Assembly: GCA_000092065.1 (NCBI GenBank)
Contig: CP000588.1
Length of the DNA: 64,000 bases
Direction: 5' to 3' (one strand)
Origin: Ostreococcus lucimarinus
Taxonomy: Eukaryota
A program made the translations under genes and the position numbers. Shown in pieces: positions 49,958 through 60,098 of this stretch (its first letter is position 1; every line of letters starts with the position of its first letter). The notes under the pieces are model-generated. The model had not been told where the DNA came from. It worked only from the letters and a program-made list of their open reading frames with translations, and did not search any database.

Positions 49958-50923
49958 ATGAGCTCGAACGTAACAATTTCATCTCCTCGAGCGCTCGCGG
50001 CGCGTTCGTCCGCGCACGCGCGCGGCGTCAGCGCGAAACGCGTCGCGGGGGACCGTTATTCGTGCCACGGTCGGACGCGAGGTCGAGTGCGCGCGAAGCC
50101 GACGATCGCGCGATGTGCGCGCTCGACCGACGATACAACTCGCGCAATAACGTGTGTTTCTTCGTTCATGAGCGCTCGCGACGGTCAAAACGCGCTGAAC
50201 ATGTCGACACGTGCGCGATCGATCATCGCTCGAGCGTCGAGCGACTTTGGGAGCGCAAACGCTGGGACGCCGCCTCCGCCAAAGGCGACGAATCCGATCG
50301 ATACATTCGTCGGTGGATTGAAAGATAGATTGGAGATGGACTCGAACTTTTTCTTCAAACTCGGGGCGGAGATCTCGATCGATTTCGTCATAACGTTGCT
50401 CGTAAACTTGGCGGTTCGAGGAAACCCTTCATACTGGACTCTGTCGGCGACTCTCATGGTGTTGTGCCAACTCATCACGGCGGCGATCAACGATACGTTG
50501 ATTGTTTACTTTTTGGCGCCGACTAAGGCGAGCGTGGGGAAGAAACCTGAGATTGCGAACGTGTTCGCGAAGGGTGACTACTCGCTTGCGCAGCGCGCGA
50601 TGTGCTACTTGAACAAGGGGAAATTTTACGGTATACTAGGCTCACTATCTTGCGTCCTATCCATGTTTCTGGCGTTGGCGTTGGCGGGCAACGCCGCAGG
50701 ATTCACACAAGAGGTATTGTTCCGTTCTCTTGCGTGTGGAGCATTGCATATGGGGATCAGCTCTAATACAAGATATCAGCTCGTGAACGGCGTCGAACGT
50801 TTGGCGTACGACGTCGCACCCACGAACGTCGCCAAACTAATCTCTGTGTCGGTACGAATGGGGAATAACTTTCTAGGTGCGAGACTTTGGATGATGGTGG
50901 CCGTACTCACCGGTCTTCAGTAG
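49958..50923 (+). CDS. Plastid envelope membrane protein, RETICULATA-related (DUF3411)-like
   Basis: 321 aa. Ser/Arg/Ala-rich transit peptide, then ..FFFKLGAEISIDFVITLLVNLAVRG.. and a C-terminus ..RMGNNFLGARLWMMVAVLTGLQ resembling the RER/DUF3411 family as I recall it. Confidence 0.4.
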   Translation: MSSNVTISSPRALAARSSAHARGVSAKRVAGDRYSCHGRTRGRVRAKPTIARCARSTDDTTRAITCVSSFMSARDGQNALNMSTRARSIIARASSDFGSANAGTPPPPKATNPIDTFVGGLKDRLEMDSNFFFKLGAEISIDFVITLLVNLAVRGNPSYWTLSATLMVLCQLITAAINDTLIVYFLAPTKASVGKKPEIANVFAKGDYSLAQRAMCYLNKGKFYGILGSLSCVLSMFLALALAGNAAGFTQEVLFRSLACGALHMGISSNTRYQLVNGVERLAYDVAPTNVAKLISVSVRMGNNFLGARLWMMVAVLTGLQ

Positions 50924-50992
50924 TTAGATTGCCATGTATTACTAACAATCTTCGGTCGTTTGTGCTATGGCCAGACACCCTTCTTTCCATCG

Positions 50993-52390
50993 CTAATCGA
51001 ATAGAGCGAACGCGTCTGAGTCGTCCTTCGACCCTTTCGCACGGTTGTGGCTGTGCTTGTTCACGAACTCTGTCAACGTGAGCAACGCAGAATTTAGAAT
51101 TGCGCGCTCGGAGTTTATCAACTGAATTGCCAACTCAACACGCGGAGGCGAGACGCCGCCATCTATGTTTGTTTGCGAACGATACAAGCTCAAGCGCCGT
51201 TCAATCGCGAGCGAAATAACATCCGCAACCTCCGGCGTGAGCGTTGACGGGTTGTTTCCACGTATTTTCATTGTGTTGATTGCCGTAGAGACTGTTTCTA
51301 TGGCGTGTAGTGCGTCCGCATGCCGATTTGTGTGCCTAATTTTCTGAAACGCGTCCTCGCTCGCGACCAAGGTCCAGACCACCGCACAGAGCTCTTCACT
51401 AATAGCTTGCGATTTTGAAATCGAAAACGACGCATCTGGGGCACACACTTGCGTCCGTTCGAGCCATTCGAATCGTTTTGTCAGCTGTGTCCCAGAACAC
51501 ACGCCTGCTAACGCCGCTTCGGTGCGAATGTTCGTAGTCGTCAGTCGCACTTCGTCCGCTGGATTGTCGTTTTGAGTGAATCCATAACTATTGAGTAGCT
51601 TCGCGTTCCCATGAAATCCATACGTGTTAAAAATCTCATCTCCACGGCGGACGCCTTGCTCGTTCGTCACCTTCACGCACAATGCCTCACCACCAGTCTC
51701 TGAACGCACGACGGCATCGCCATCGCCCACGTTGACGTGATGGTTGCCGGTGAGATGGTTAAACGCATCGGCAATCGGCACCAACCCAACGCCCGCGTTC
51801 GGGCTTAAAGTGAACGCGCGACTACTCACTACAGTACGCGCTTCGATAAATTGCTCGAACGAACACTCTACGCCGTGCTCCTTAAATACTGGCGCGACGA
51901 CGCGTTCCCACTCGTTCTTTGCAGCCGCCGCCTCGTCCCTGAGAGAAGTTTCGACTTCCGTGCCCGCGAGATAGCTCCGCTCGCCATCGTTCCACGCGCA
52001 CACGACGTTAGCTTCACACCTCGGTAACACTCTATCGTACGCGAAGTACCGCGACTTCAACCCGAGAGAACGCTCCACGCAAAGCGCCGCCGTCAACCCG
52101 CACAACCAACTCGCCTCTGTCTTCGTCTTCACTAAAGCCTCCTCCACGCTCGCCGCCACGTCCGCGCGCGAACACGTCTTCAGCGTCAAGCACGCTTCGA
52201 ATGGGATCACCGCCAAAATAGCGCCGCGCTCGAGCGCGCGCTTGGCCGTCACGCCGCGGTCCTTGTTCGCCTTTTGCACGGCAAAAGTGAATTCAACGTC
52301 ATCCTCGCGCACTTCGATCGCGTTCGCTCGACACCATCGCAAAAAAGCGTCGAACGCGTCATCGTTCGCCTCGTCACCGTTCTCTTTCAT
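50993..52390 (-). CDS. SET-domain protein lysine methyltransferase of the Rubisco-LSMT/SETD6 class
   Basis: 465 aa. ..GLVPIADAFNHLTGNHHVNVGDGDAVVRSETGGEALCVKVTNEQGVRRGDEIFNTYGFHGNAKLLNSYGF.. (SET core with the (A/I)D.(F/L)NH signature of LSMT-type enzymes) followed by a substrate-binding-like C-terminal region. Confidence 0.6.
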   Translation of the reverse strand: MKENGDEANDDAFDAFLRWCRANAIEVREDDVEFTFAVQKANKDRGVTAKRALERGAILAVIPFEACLTLKTCSRADVAASVEEALVKTKTEASWLCGLTAALCVERSLGLKSRYFAYDRVLPRCEANVVCAWNDGERSYLAGTEVETSLRDEAAAAKNEWERVVAPVFKEHGVECSFEQFIEARTVVSSRAFTLSPNAGVGLVPIADAFNHLTGNHHVNVGDGDAVVRSETGGEALCVKVTNEQGVRRGDEIFNTYGFHGNAKLLNSYGFTQNDNPADEVRLTTTNIRTEAALAGVCSGTQLTKRFEWLERTQVCAPDASFSISKSQAISEELCAVVWTLVASEDAFQKIRHTNRHADALHAIETVSTAINTMKIRGNNPSTLTPEVADVISLAIERRLSLYRSQTNIDGGVSPPRVELAIQLINSERAILNSALLTLTEFVNKHSHNRAKGSKDDSDAFALFD

Positions 52391-52480
52391 CTCGCGACGC
52401 GCGCGCGAGTGGCGTGCGAAAGCGCGTCAGGCCAAAAGTGTGTTGATACAAGTCTCTACGGCGTCTCGAGCGCGCGTCCG

Positions 52481-53114
52481 TCACGCCTTCCACAGTGATT
52501 TCACCGTTCGCGTGATCCCGTCGCCCTGCGTGTTCAATTTAAACAATCCCACCGCCGTCGCCGCCGTCAGCGCGAGCGTCGCCGCTCTCGTCGGTCCTCG
52601 CGCCCCCTTCGGCACGTAATCGCTGATGATCTGCGTCCCGTCGCCCGCGCGCCGCTCGTCAGTCAATCGTTCCCCATCGCATCGCGCGCGTCGTCGATGC
52701 GCCGAGTCCCGCGCGCGTCCCGCGCGCGCGGTGCCCGCGTGCGATCCCGTCCGCGCGATGGCGTCCGATTTCGCATCGATCACGCACGAAATTCATCGCA
52801 ATGTGCGAGTGCACCGGCATCGCCGCGCCGAGCGCGACGTCGATCGCGAGCTGTCCCTCGGGCATCGCCGCCGCCGCTGGCGCGAGCGCGGCGAGCGCGA
52901 TCGAGCTCGCGTGATAGATCTTCATCATCCCGCGCCCGCGATCGGCGTTCAGGACGCCCGACATCGCGCGCGGCGTCCACGCGCGAGGCGATGTGACGCG
53001 CGCGGTCCCGACCGGACGGACGTCGGGCCGTCGAGCCGGCGGGACAGACGCGCGATTTTCAAAAACGCGCGTCACACGCGAGCGACGACGACGGCGACGA
53101 CGACGGGCGAACAT
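52481..53114 (-). CDS. SDH4: Succinate dehydrogenase membrane-anchor subunit SDHD/SDH4 (CybS), two exons: exon 2 = 52481..52630, intron ~52631..52787 (157 nt), exon 1 = ~52788..53114 (or starting at a later Met, 52964 or 52928).
   Basis: Spliced product ..[47 protein letters not shown]|[49 protein letters not shown]. Compare human SDHD ..[53 protein letters not shown]. Donor GTGCGTGATCG; branch gaTTGACTGACGagcgg; acgCAG. An Arg-rich candidate presequence, [14 protein letters not shown].., would start on the CATG shared with the FEN1 ATG. Confidence 0.5.
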
Positions 53115-54282
53115 GGGAATCAAGGGCCTGACGGCGCTGATGCGAGACAACGCCCCCGGGGCGATCAAGGAGCAAAAGTTCGAGTCCTACCTCGACCGGC
53201 GCGTCGCGATCGACGCGTCGATGCACATTTATCAATTCATGATGGTGGTGGGGAGACAGGGCGAACAACAGCTGACGAATGAGGCGGGAGAGGTGACGTC
53301 GCACTTGCAGGGGATGTTGAATCGAACGTGCCGAATGCTCGAGGCGGGAATAAAGCCGATTTACGTGTTCGATGGGAAGCCGCCGGTGATGAAGGGAGGA
53401 GAGCTGGCGAAGCGCAAGGACAAGCGAGAAGAGGCGGAGGCGGCGTTGAAGGCGGCGAGAGAGGCGGGAAATCAAGAAGAGGTGGAGAAACTGTCCAAAA
53501 GAACGGTGCGAGTGAGCAAGCAACACAGTCAAGAGGTGATGAAACTCGCGTCGTTGCTCGGAGTGCCCGTGTTCGAGGCGCCGTGCGAAGCCGAGGCGTC
53601 GTGCGCGGCGATGTGCAAGGCGGGACTGGTGTGGGCGGTGGCGACGGAGGATATGGATACACTCACGTTCGCCGCGCCGCGGTTGGCAAGAAATTTGATG
53701 GCACCCAAGTCTCAGGACAAGCCGGTGCTGGAGTTTGACTACGACAAAGTTCTAGCCGGTCTCGGGCTCACGCCCGAGCAATTCATCGACATGTGCATCT
53801 TGTGCGGGTGCGACTATTGCGACACCATTCGCGGGATCGGTCCGAAGACGGCGTTGAAGCTTATCAAAGAACACGGTTCCATCGAAAAGATTCTCGAAGA
53901 GATCGACACTGAGAAGTATCCTCCGCCTCAGGATTGGGATTTTGCCGGCGCTCGTGAGTTGTTCAAAAATCCCGAAGTCATGGACACGACGGGCATCGCA
54001 TTGAGTTGGAAGGCGCCAAACGAGGAAGGATTGATTGACTTTTTGGTCAAGGAAAAGCAATTTAACGAGGAACGCGTGCGCGCCGTGTGCGCCAAAGTCA
54101 AGAAGGCGCGCCAAGGTAAAGCGTCGCAAAACCGCCTCGAGAGCTTCTTCGGCCCGCCGACCATAATCTCCAGTACCATCGGCAAGCGCAAGGTTGAAGA
54201 AAAGAAGGGTAAAAACGGCAAGGCTGGTCTCGCGAACAAAAAGTCTAAAGGCGTCAGTGGCTTCAGACGATCGAAGAACTGA
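53113..54282 (+). CDS. FEN1: Flap endonuclease 1. The true start is MGIKGL; the track ORF extends upstream to 52993.
   Basis: [42 protein letters not shown]..: XPG-N, helical arch and XPG-I (..[30 protein letters not shown]..). Lys-rich C-terminus. No conserved PIP-box QxxLxxFF was seen. Confidence 0.9.
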   Translation: MGIKGLTALMRDNAPGAIKEQKFESYLDRRVAIDASMHIYQFMMVVGRQGEQQLTNEAGEVTSHLQGMLNRTCRMLEAGIKPIYVFDGKPPVMKGGELAKRKDKREEAEAALKAAREAGNQEEVEKLSKRTVRVSKQHSQEVMKLASLLGVPVFEAPCEAEASCAAMCKAGLVWAVATEDMDTLTFAAPRLARNLMAPKSQDKPVLEFDYDKVLAGLGLTPEQFIDMCILCGCDYCDTIRGIGPKTALKLIKEHGSIEKILEEIDTEKYPPPQDWDFAGARELFKNPEVMDTTGIALSWKAPNEEGLIDFLVKEKQFNEERVRAVCAKVKKARQGKASQNRLESFFGPPTIISSTIGKRKVEEKKGKNGKAGLANKKSKGVSGFRRSKN

Positions 54283-54304
54283 TAGCTATCGAATAGAACA
54301 CTGT

Positions 54305-55018
54305 ATGTTGTCATGTCACACCACTTCAAACACGCTTTGGACGCGACCTCCACAACTCGCCATGCCGACGCTAGTGAATACCCGCGCCGTCGTGACATCT
54401 GAGCACGTGTCCACGTCTACGCCGCGCGCGCGTGGCGCCGCATCACGCGTTACTGTCGCACACGCGTCGTCGTTCAGCCGCAACGTGTGTGCATCTTCTC
54501 TCGCCTTGCTCGTGAATTTCACCCAAGCAAACGTAGCGTTCGCGGCACCAGCTGCGCCGTCATATAGCGGTGTGGACCCGAGCAAGAGCTCCTTCATCCA
54601 AGGATTGGTCGATAAGAGCGAGAAGGACAAGGCGAAGAACGATCAAGCGCGACTCGATAACTTTTACAGACGAGAGTATCGGATAAACCGAATCGTCGGT
54701 GGCGAAGTTCTGAAGGAGCCGTGCGATCCCCGGGATCCAGAATTTGGTTATGAGTGTAGGCCAATGCTCCCACGATTGCCGCAGGATCGAGGTGGGTTCG
54801 ATGAGCCCTTAGAGAGAGAGAAGACTGGATACGGGAAAGTACTCGGGACGCGAGATGTCGACAGAGCCGCAGACGCTCTCGTCGCTGCGGCGGTGGACGA
54901 GACGCTCGAACGAGCGATCGAGACTATCGATGGCGAATCAGACGCGAATGGTGACGCGGTAGCCCGCTTTGACTCGGATACTGAATTCTCGCCGAGCGTT
55001 CAGGGCTTGTCCGAATAG
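54305..55018 (+). CDS. Thylakoid-lumen-targeted small protein, PsaN-like (tentative)
   Basis: Bipartite presequence (S/T/R-rich, then a hydrophobic stretch ..SSLALLVNFTQANVAFA with an AxA site). The mature part ..SFIQGLVDKSEKDKAKNDQARLDNFYRREYRINRIVGGEVLKEPCDPRDPEFGYEC.. resembles PsaN ..VIDEYLERSKTNKELNDKKRL..F.R.F...FGSCKFPENFTGC.. The track ORF (54194..) overlaps the FEN1 end; the first in-frame ATG after the FEN1 stop is taken here. Confidence 0.3.
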   Translation: MLSCHTTSNTLWTRPPQLAMPTLVNTRAVVTSEHVSTSTPRARGAASRVTVAHASSFSRNVCASSLALLVNFTQANVAFAAPAAPSYSGVDPSKSSFIQGLVDKSEKDKAKNDQARLDNFYRREYRINRIVGGEVLKEPCDPRDPEFGYECRPMLPRLPQDRGGFDEPLEREKTGYGKVLGTRDVDRAADALVAAAVDETLERAIETIDGESDANGDAVARFDSDTEFSPSVQGLSE

Positions 55019-55155
55019 TTTTATGAATTTATATTGACGCCGCTGGCTTAGAGTTTTAATACAAGGATTGGAATATAGTTACAGCAATCGCAAACTAATG
55101 CAAGTCATTTCGCTCGCTCGCGCGCCCGCCAAAGTGTGCGCTTTCGCATTGTCTA

Positions 55156-56208
55156 TCAATACGTGATGGGCCCTTGAAGGCTACCGGTGGCGAACTGTCG
55201 CACGATGGGCTCGTCCGTCGTATCAAATTCCTCCACCGTTCCTTCCCACGCAACCTTGCCTTGGTGTAAGAAAACGATTCTGTCGACCGATCGACGAATC
55301 GTACTATGCTGGTGCGTGACGACGATGTAGCTCGACACCCCACCGTTCACTTCACAATGCTCATCCGGTTTGCAGTGCAATGATCGCATCAAGTCCTCCA
55401 CTACCGTGCTCGCCACCGGGTCCAATCCAGCGGTCGGTTCGTCGTACATCACCACCTCCTCGATTGGGTCATCATCGCTCTCACGCTCTTCTTTGATAAT
55501 CGCGCGGGCCAACGCCGCGCGCTTCTTCATCCCTCCCGAAAGCTGCGCCGGGTACTTGTCCTCGCACCCCGGCAATCCAACCGCCGCTAGACTCTTTTTC
55601 ACTGCTCGCTCAACCTTCGCCTTGGGCAAGTCGCTGTGCTCGTATAACTTAAATCCAACATTTTCACCCACCGTCAAAGAATCGAACAGCGCCGAGGACT
55701 GAAACACCATTCCGACGTGCAACTCTGGATGCGCCTCGTCGCTCGCCAACCCTTTCCTGCGTTTGCCTCGGATGTACACTTCGCCCTCGTCCGGTATCAA
55801 TAGCCCAGCCATGATGCGCAGCACGGTGGATTTCCCAGTCCCACTCGGTCCGATGATCCCGACCGCCTCGCCTCGTCGAACCTTAAAGCTCGCTCCGTCC
55901 AGGACTACTTTCTCGCCGAACGCCTTCTTCACCCCTCGGAGCTCGATTAACACTTCAGACGACGATTCGTTCGACGTGCCGTTTCGTCGCGCGACCGCGG
56001 GCGCTTTTTCGCCCGCGTCTGCGTCGACATCATCGTCGTTCGTCTCTTCAGCGTTTGCCGCCGATCCGCCGTCCACGACCGCGCGCGCGACGCTTCTTCG
56101 TCCTCGTCCGTGCGCAATCGCTCCACCTCGCGCGCGACGAGAACCGCTCGTCGACGCGCGATGGCACGCGGGGGAGCGCGCGGGACGAGCGTAAGACGCG
56201 GAAGTCAT
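55156..56208 (-). CDS. TGD3: Plastid ABC-transporter ATPase of the MlaF/TGD3 type (lipid-trafficking ABC system) with a transit peptide. The track ORF extends on GTG to 56265.
   Basis: Walker A ..GIIGPSGTGKSTVLRIMAGLL..; signature ..LSGGMKKRAALARAI..; Walker B ..VVMYDEPTAGLD..; C-terminal ..EFDTTDEPIVRQFATGSLQGPI as in MlaF (..RVRQFLDGIADGP..). Confidence 0.7.
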   Translation of the reverse strand: MTSASYARPARSPACHRASTSGSRRARGGAIAHGRGRRSVARAVVDGGSAANAEETNDDDVDADAGEKAPAVARRNGTSNESSSEVLIELRGVKKAFGEKVVLDGASFKVRRGEAVGIIGPSGTGKSTVLRIMAGLLIPDEGEVYIRGKRRKGLASDEAHPELHVGMVFQSSALFDSLTVGENVGFKLYEHSDLPKAKVERAVKKSLAAVGLPGCEDKYPAQLSGGMKKRAALARAIIKEERESDDDPIEEVVMYDEPTAGLDPVASTVVEDLMRSLHCKPDEHCEVNGGVSSYIVVTHQHSTIRRSVDRIVFLHQGKVAWEGTVEEFDTTDEPIVRQFATGSLQGPITY

Positions 56209-56499
56209 CGCTATGCGACTCCGCGTGCGCGCGGTAGTGGGAACAAACGCCACTCGCACGAACACGCCGTCGACTTACGCCGCAGTGTGGCGATCGGGCG
56301 GTCGGTCTCTTGGGTCTCTTGATAGATAACGCGTTTACCAAGTGCGGACGCTAGTGCGAGAAACGAAAGGCGAGGTTGCCGCTGGTAACACTTAAGGTGA
56401 TAATATGATACTAAAACGACGTCAAAGTGGCTCACTGGTCCATGACGCATTCGCCTTGCGACGGCGCGGATGGAAACTGAGCTTTTCTCTTGGACGCCG

Positions 56500-57834
56500 T
56501 CACGCGGCGGGAAAGGCGCCGCGGCGTTCTTCGTCTTGTCTACTCGAAGTGGACGCGTCGTTGGAGGTTTGAGACTTGTTCTGTGACGCAATTGGTGGAA
56601 TGATTGCGTCGTTGTAACGATGATACAGCACGTTTGCCACCGCACGATCGATGTAATTGGAGTCTTTGTCGACGCTCCCGGAGGACGCGAGTTCATTTTC
56701 AGCGACTTCGGAAGACCGCATGAGCCGGAGCAAACTTTCTCTGAAATTCGTACGAGTGGCGTCCGGAAGATTGCGGACAATCATCTCAAGCTGCGCGAGC
56801 ACTGCTCTGTCTTCAGTCGCAATCAAATCGCTCGTCGTGGATGGCATTTGCGAGTTCGATGCACCGCCCGGTACGCGCAGCAATGTCCCGGTAGAGCCCG
56901 ACATTGAACCAGAGTGCGATCCAGATGTACCCTTGGAGACTTGGCTATAATGTTGGGTACGATAAGACCTCGCGGCGGATGGTAGAACGCCCCTCGCTAA
57001 TTCTTCCTCTTGACGTGCCGAAGCTTTTCTACCGACTGTCATCGCATTCTGCGTTGGCACAGATTTCAATAGTGCTCCATGCTCTTGCTGCTTCAGCGCA
57101 TCAGTTGCACCTACTGACGCATATCCTAAGCCTTGCGATTCCCCCGGTACAGACGTATTCGTAAACGGATCTAATCCGCGGGCGTACAAACTTGCGCCGT
57201 CAAAGCCGTCAAACAATTCGTGTTCCACTGTCCTCGCCGTCGCCCCGCCAAGCAGATCTCCAGCATGTGCGAGCGATTGAAACGAAAATGACGACATTTT
57301 TGGAGGTGCGAATGGATTCAACACGCTCAAATCAGGATCGAGAATGCCCTCAGAACTTGGTGTGGCAAGTTCCACCATGATGGTTTGAGTGTGCACGCCT
57401 AAAAAGGCGTCGAGTTCCATCTTGGATTCAATCGCACTCGAGACGCTCGTGTGGTTCGACAGTTTCGCTCGCTTATTCGGTGAAGATGGTGAAGACGTTG
57501 CCGCCCGGCGCCGAGAATCGCTCGCCTTCTCGCTTGCCATGAATTGCTTCTTCGTCGCCTCAGCGCTCTTCGTCTGAGCCCCTTTCGCCAACGCCGCTCC
57601 ACCGGCCTTTGTGCTCGTCGTCTTCTCTGTTTTTAAAGTTTTCACCTCCCTTTTCTCCGCGTTCTTACCCCCATCTCGACTCGTCGACACTTCACCGTTC
57701 GTCGTCGCTCTCTCGCACGCCCCCTCGCCTTTGACCGCCAGCGAGGCAGAGTCCCCGCCGCCCGCGCTCGACGTCCAACGCATCCCGCGCCTTCGCGCAC
57801 CGCTCGTCGATGGCACACGCGCATCTCTCACCAT
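56500..57834 (-). CDS. Hypothetical Ser/Thr/Ala-rich, low-complexity protein
   Basis: 444 aa with ATG at 57834..57832. A C-terminal region ..LAQLEMIVRNLPDATRTNFRESLLRLMRSSE.. looks structured. No domain recognised. Confidence 0.3.
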   Translation of the reverse strand: MVRDARVPSTSGARRRGMRWTSSAGGGDSASLAVKGEGACERATTNGEVSTSRDGGKNAEKREVKTLKTEKTTSTKAGGAALAKGAQTKSAEATKKQFMASEKASDSRRRAATSSPSSPNKRAKLSNHTSVSSAIESKMELDAFLGVHTQTIMVELATPSSEGILDPDLSVLNPFAPPKMSSFSFQSLAHAGDLLGGATARTVEHELFDGFDGASLYARGLDPFTNTSVPGESQGLGYASVGATDALKQQEHGALLKSVPTQNAMTVGRKASARQEEELARGVLPSAARSYRTQHYSQVSKGTSGSHSGSMSGSTGTLLRVPGGASNSQMPSTTSDLIATEDRAVLAQLEMIVRNLPDATRTNFRESLLRLMRSSEVAENELASSGSVDKDSNYIDRAVANVLYHRYNDAIIPPIASQNKSQTSNDASTSSRQDEERRGAFPAA

Positions 57835-58296
57835 CGCGCCCCTCCTTGGACGCGTTCACCGAGTCCACGACGCGCGCGCGAGTAAACTAACTCGCCGACG
57901 CCGATCCTCCCGCGTCGACAGAATTCGCGCGATGACGCCCTCTATCGCTCGTCTCGACGTCCAACGCTGGGTTCGTTCGCGCGCGCGTTCGACGACGACG
58001 CGCGATCGCGACCGCGCGCGATCGTCGGCGGCGGCGGCGCGCGACGAGGCCGCGCGCGTCGATGACTGGGCTGGGCACGCGTGTTTGTTGGGCATCGGAC
58101 TGCTTTCCATACGATTTGGCGCCGAATGTCCGAACATCGCCCACGAAAAAGTCGAGATATTTTCAGCGGCGTTTCAGAACGCGTCGACGCGCGGTGGGCG
58201 ATCGGGCGACGGACGTCGACGCGACGATTGATCGGACGATTTTTTACCCAACCCTGACGCGATCCCCCCACCGCGCGTCGCTACGCGTCGTTGACG

Positions 58297-58851
58297 ATGC
58301 GGTGGAAGCGCGGCGCGCTCGAGGCGAGGCGCCGCGGCCGCGCGAACGCGAGCGCGCTGAGCGTGCTGTGGTTCATCGCGATCAAAGGCGGGGAGAGCGA
58401 AAGGAGCGAAAGCAGAGTTCACGCATTAGATTTGAGTGATGTCGCATCGCGCGTGCGGTGGCGGGACGACGTCGCGATGGTGGACGTGTTGTCGTACGTC
58501 GCGTCGCGTCGCGACGAGCGCCGCGAGTGGGCGAGTCGCGCCGTCGAGCGCGTCGAGCGCGAGATGACCGCGGTGAGCGCAAACGCGCTCACGACGAAGT
58601 TTGCGTTCGCGATCGTCAACTCCACGCACGGCACGCGAGGCGTGCGCGCGTTCGAAGACTTTTTCTTCTCCGGCGGTCGCGTTCTCGACGATGACTATGC
58701 CGTCTTCGTCGCCGCGCACCGTCAACCGTCGGACGTTCGTGCGTCCGCGCGCGTCGATTGTCCTCCCAGCGATGATAGCATATTTTGCGTCGATCGCATC
58801 GCTTTCGCCCTTCGCGACGTCCTCGATCGCGTCCGCGAGAGGAGCTCGTAG
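58297..58851 (+). CDS. Hypothetical protein (weak; possibly spurious)
   Basis: The track ORF 58291..58851 starts on TTG; ATG at 58297. ..FAFAIVNSTHGTRGVRAFEDFFF..VFVAAHRQPSDV.. No confident family assignment. Confidence 0.2.
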   Translation: MRWKRGALEARRRGRANASALSVLWFIAIKGGESERSESRVHALDLSDVASRVRWRDDVAMVDVLSYVASRRDERREWASRAVERVEREMTAVSANALTTKFAFAIVNSTHGTRGVRAFEDFFFSGGRVLDDDYAVFVAAHRQPSDVRASARVDCPPSDDSIFCVDRIAFALRDVLDRVRERSS

Positions 58852-58908
58852 TCGGTCTCGCGTCCCCGGCGCGCCCGAGGTCCACTCGAGGGGGGCTGTG
58901 TCGGTGAT

Positions 58909-60018
58909 TTGATTATCCACGTTATCCACTCGCGTCGACCCGCACTTTTCGACCGTCGCGCGCGTCTTCGTGCGCGAACGTTTGATTTCCTAACAGAGCC
59001 GTCCTCGCGCATGTCTTGCGCTCGAACGATCGCGCCGCACGCGCGCGTCGCCGCGCACGCGCGTCGACACACGACGAGTGGGAAATCGACGATGTCCCGC
59101 TCCGCCGTCGTCCCGCGCGCGAAGGCGAACCGCTTGCAAGAGAAGAGCGCGCAGGAGTTGGTCGACGCCACGGAAACGTTCATCTTTGACTGCGACGGTG
59201 TCATCTGGAAGGGTGACTCGCTGATCGAAGGCGTCCCGGAGACGCTCGAACTGCTGCGCTCAATGGGCAAGCGATTGATCTTCGTGACGAACAACTCCAC
59301 CAAGTCTAGAGCCGGGTACACGAAGAAGTTCGAGTCGCTGGGATTGAAAGTGAACGCCGAGGAAATCTTTTCTTCGTCCTTCGCCGCGGCGGCGTATTTG
59401 GAATCGATCGATTTCAAGAAGAAGGCGTATGTCGTCGGAGAGACGGGCATCTTGGAGGAACTCGACGGCGTCGGCATCAAGCACATTGGTGGTGAATCGG
59501 ACGCTGGCAAGCAAGTCACGCTGGCGAGTGGTGAGTTGATGCACCACGACGAGGATGTCGGGGCGGTTATCGTTGGTTTTGATCGCAACATCAACTACTA
59601 CAAGATCCAGTACGCGACGCTTTGCATCCGCGAGAACCCGGGTTGCATGTTCATCGCGACAAACACCGACGCTGTGACGCACTTGACCGACGCCCAAGAG
59701 TGGGCTGGTAACGGTTCCATGGTCGGTGCCATCAAGGGTAGCACGAAGAGAGAACCGATCGTCGTCGGCAAGCCCGCGGCGTTCATGTTGGATTACATTG
59801 CCAACAAGTTCCAGATTCGCAAGGATCAAATCACCATGGTCGGCGATCGCCTCGACACCGATATCCTCTTCGGTAACGACGGTGGCTTGAATACTATGCT
59901 CGTGTTATCCGGCGTGACCACGAAAGACATGCTTTGCAGCGACGACAACACCATTGCGCCGACTTACTACACCGATAAATTGGCTGATTTATTGTGCGTC
60001 GGCAAGGTCGCAGCTTAA
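58909..60018 (+). CDS. PGLP: Phosphoglycolate phosphatase / PNPPase-type HAD-IIA hydrolase. The mature start is probably at MSCARTIAP.. (~59011) or MSRSAVVP.. (~59092) with a transit peptide.
   Basis: ..ETFIFDCDGVIWKGDSLIEGVPETLELLRSMGKRLIFVTNNSTKSRAGYTKKFESLGL.. (HAD motif I DxDG plus the IIA cap); ..MVGDRLDTDILFGNDGGLNTMLVLSGV.. (motif IV). Confidence 0.8.
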   Translation: MIIHVIHSRRPALFDRRARLRARTFDFLTEPSSRMSCARTIAPHARVAAHARRHTTSGKSTMSRSAVVPRAKANRLQEKSAQELVDATETFIFDCDGVIWKGDSLIEGVPETLELLRSMGKRLIFVTNNSTKSRAGYTKKFESLGLKVNAEEIFSSSFAAAAYLESIDFKKKAYVVGETGILEELDGVGIKHIGGESDAGKQVTLASGELMHHDEDVGAVIVGFDRNINYYKIQYATLCIRENPGCMFIATNTDAVTHLTDAQEWAGNGSMVGAIKGSTKREPIVVGKPAAFMLDYIANKFQIRKDQITMVGDRLDTDILFGNDGGLNTMLVLSGVTTKDMLCSDDNTIAPTYYTDKLADLLCVGKVAA

Positions 60019-60098
60019 ACGCGTTGTTATATACCTCTACCGGTCCTTGCTACGTTTTATGATCTAATGACAATGAATTGTTTTCTAAGTGTTCTTCT

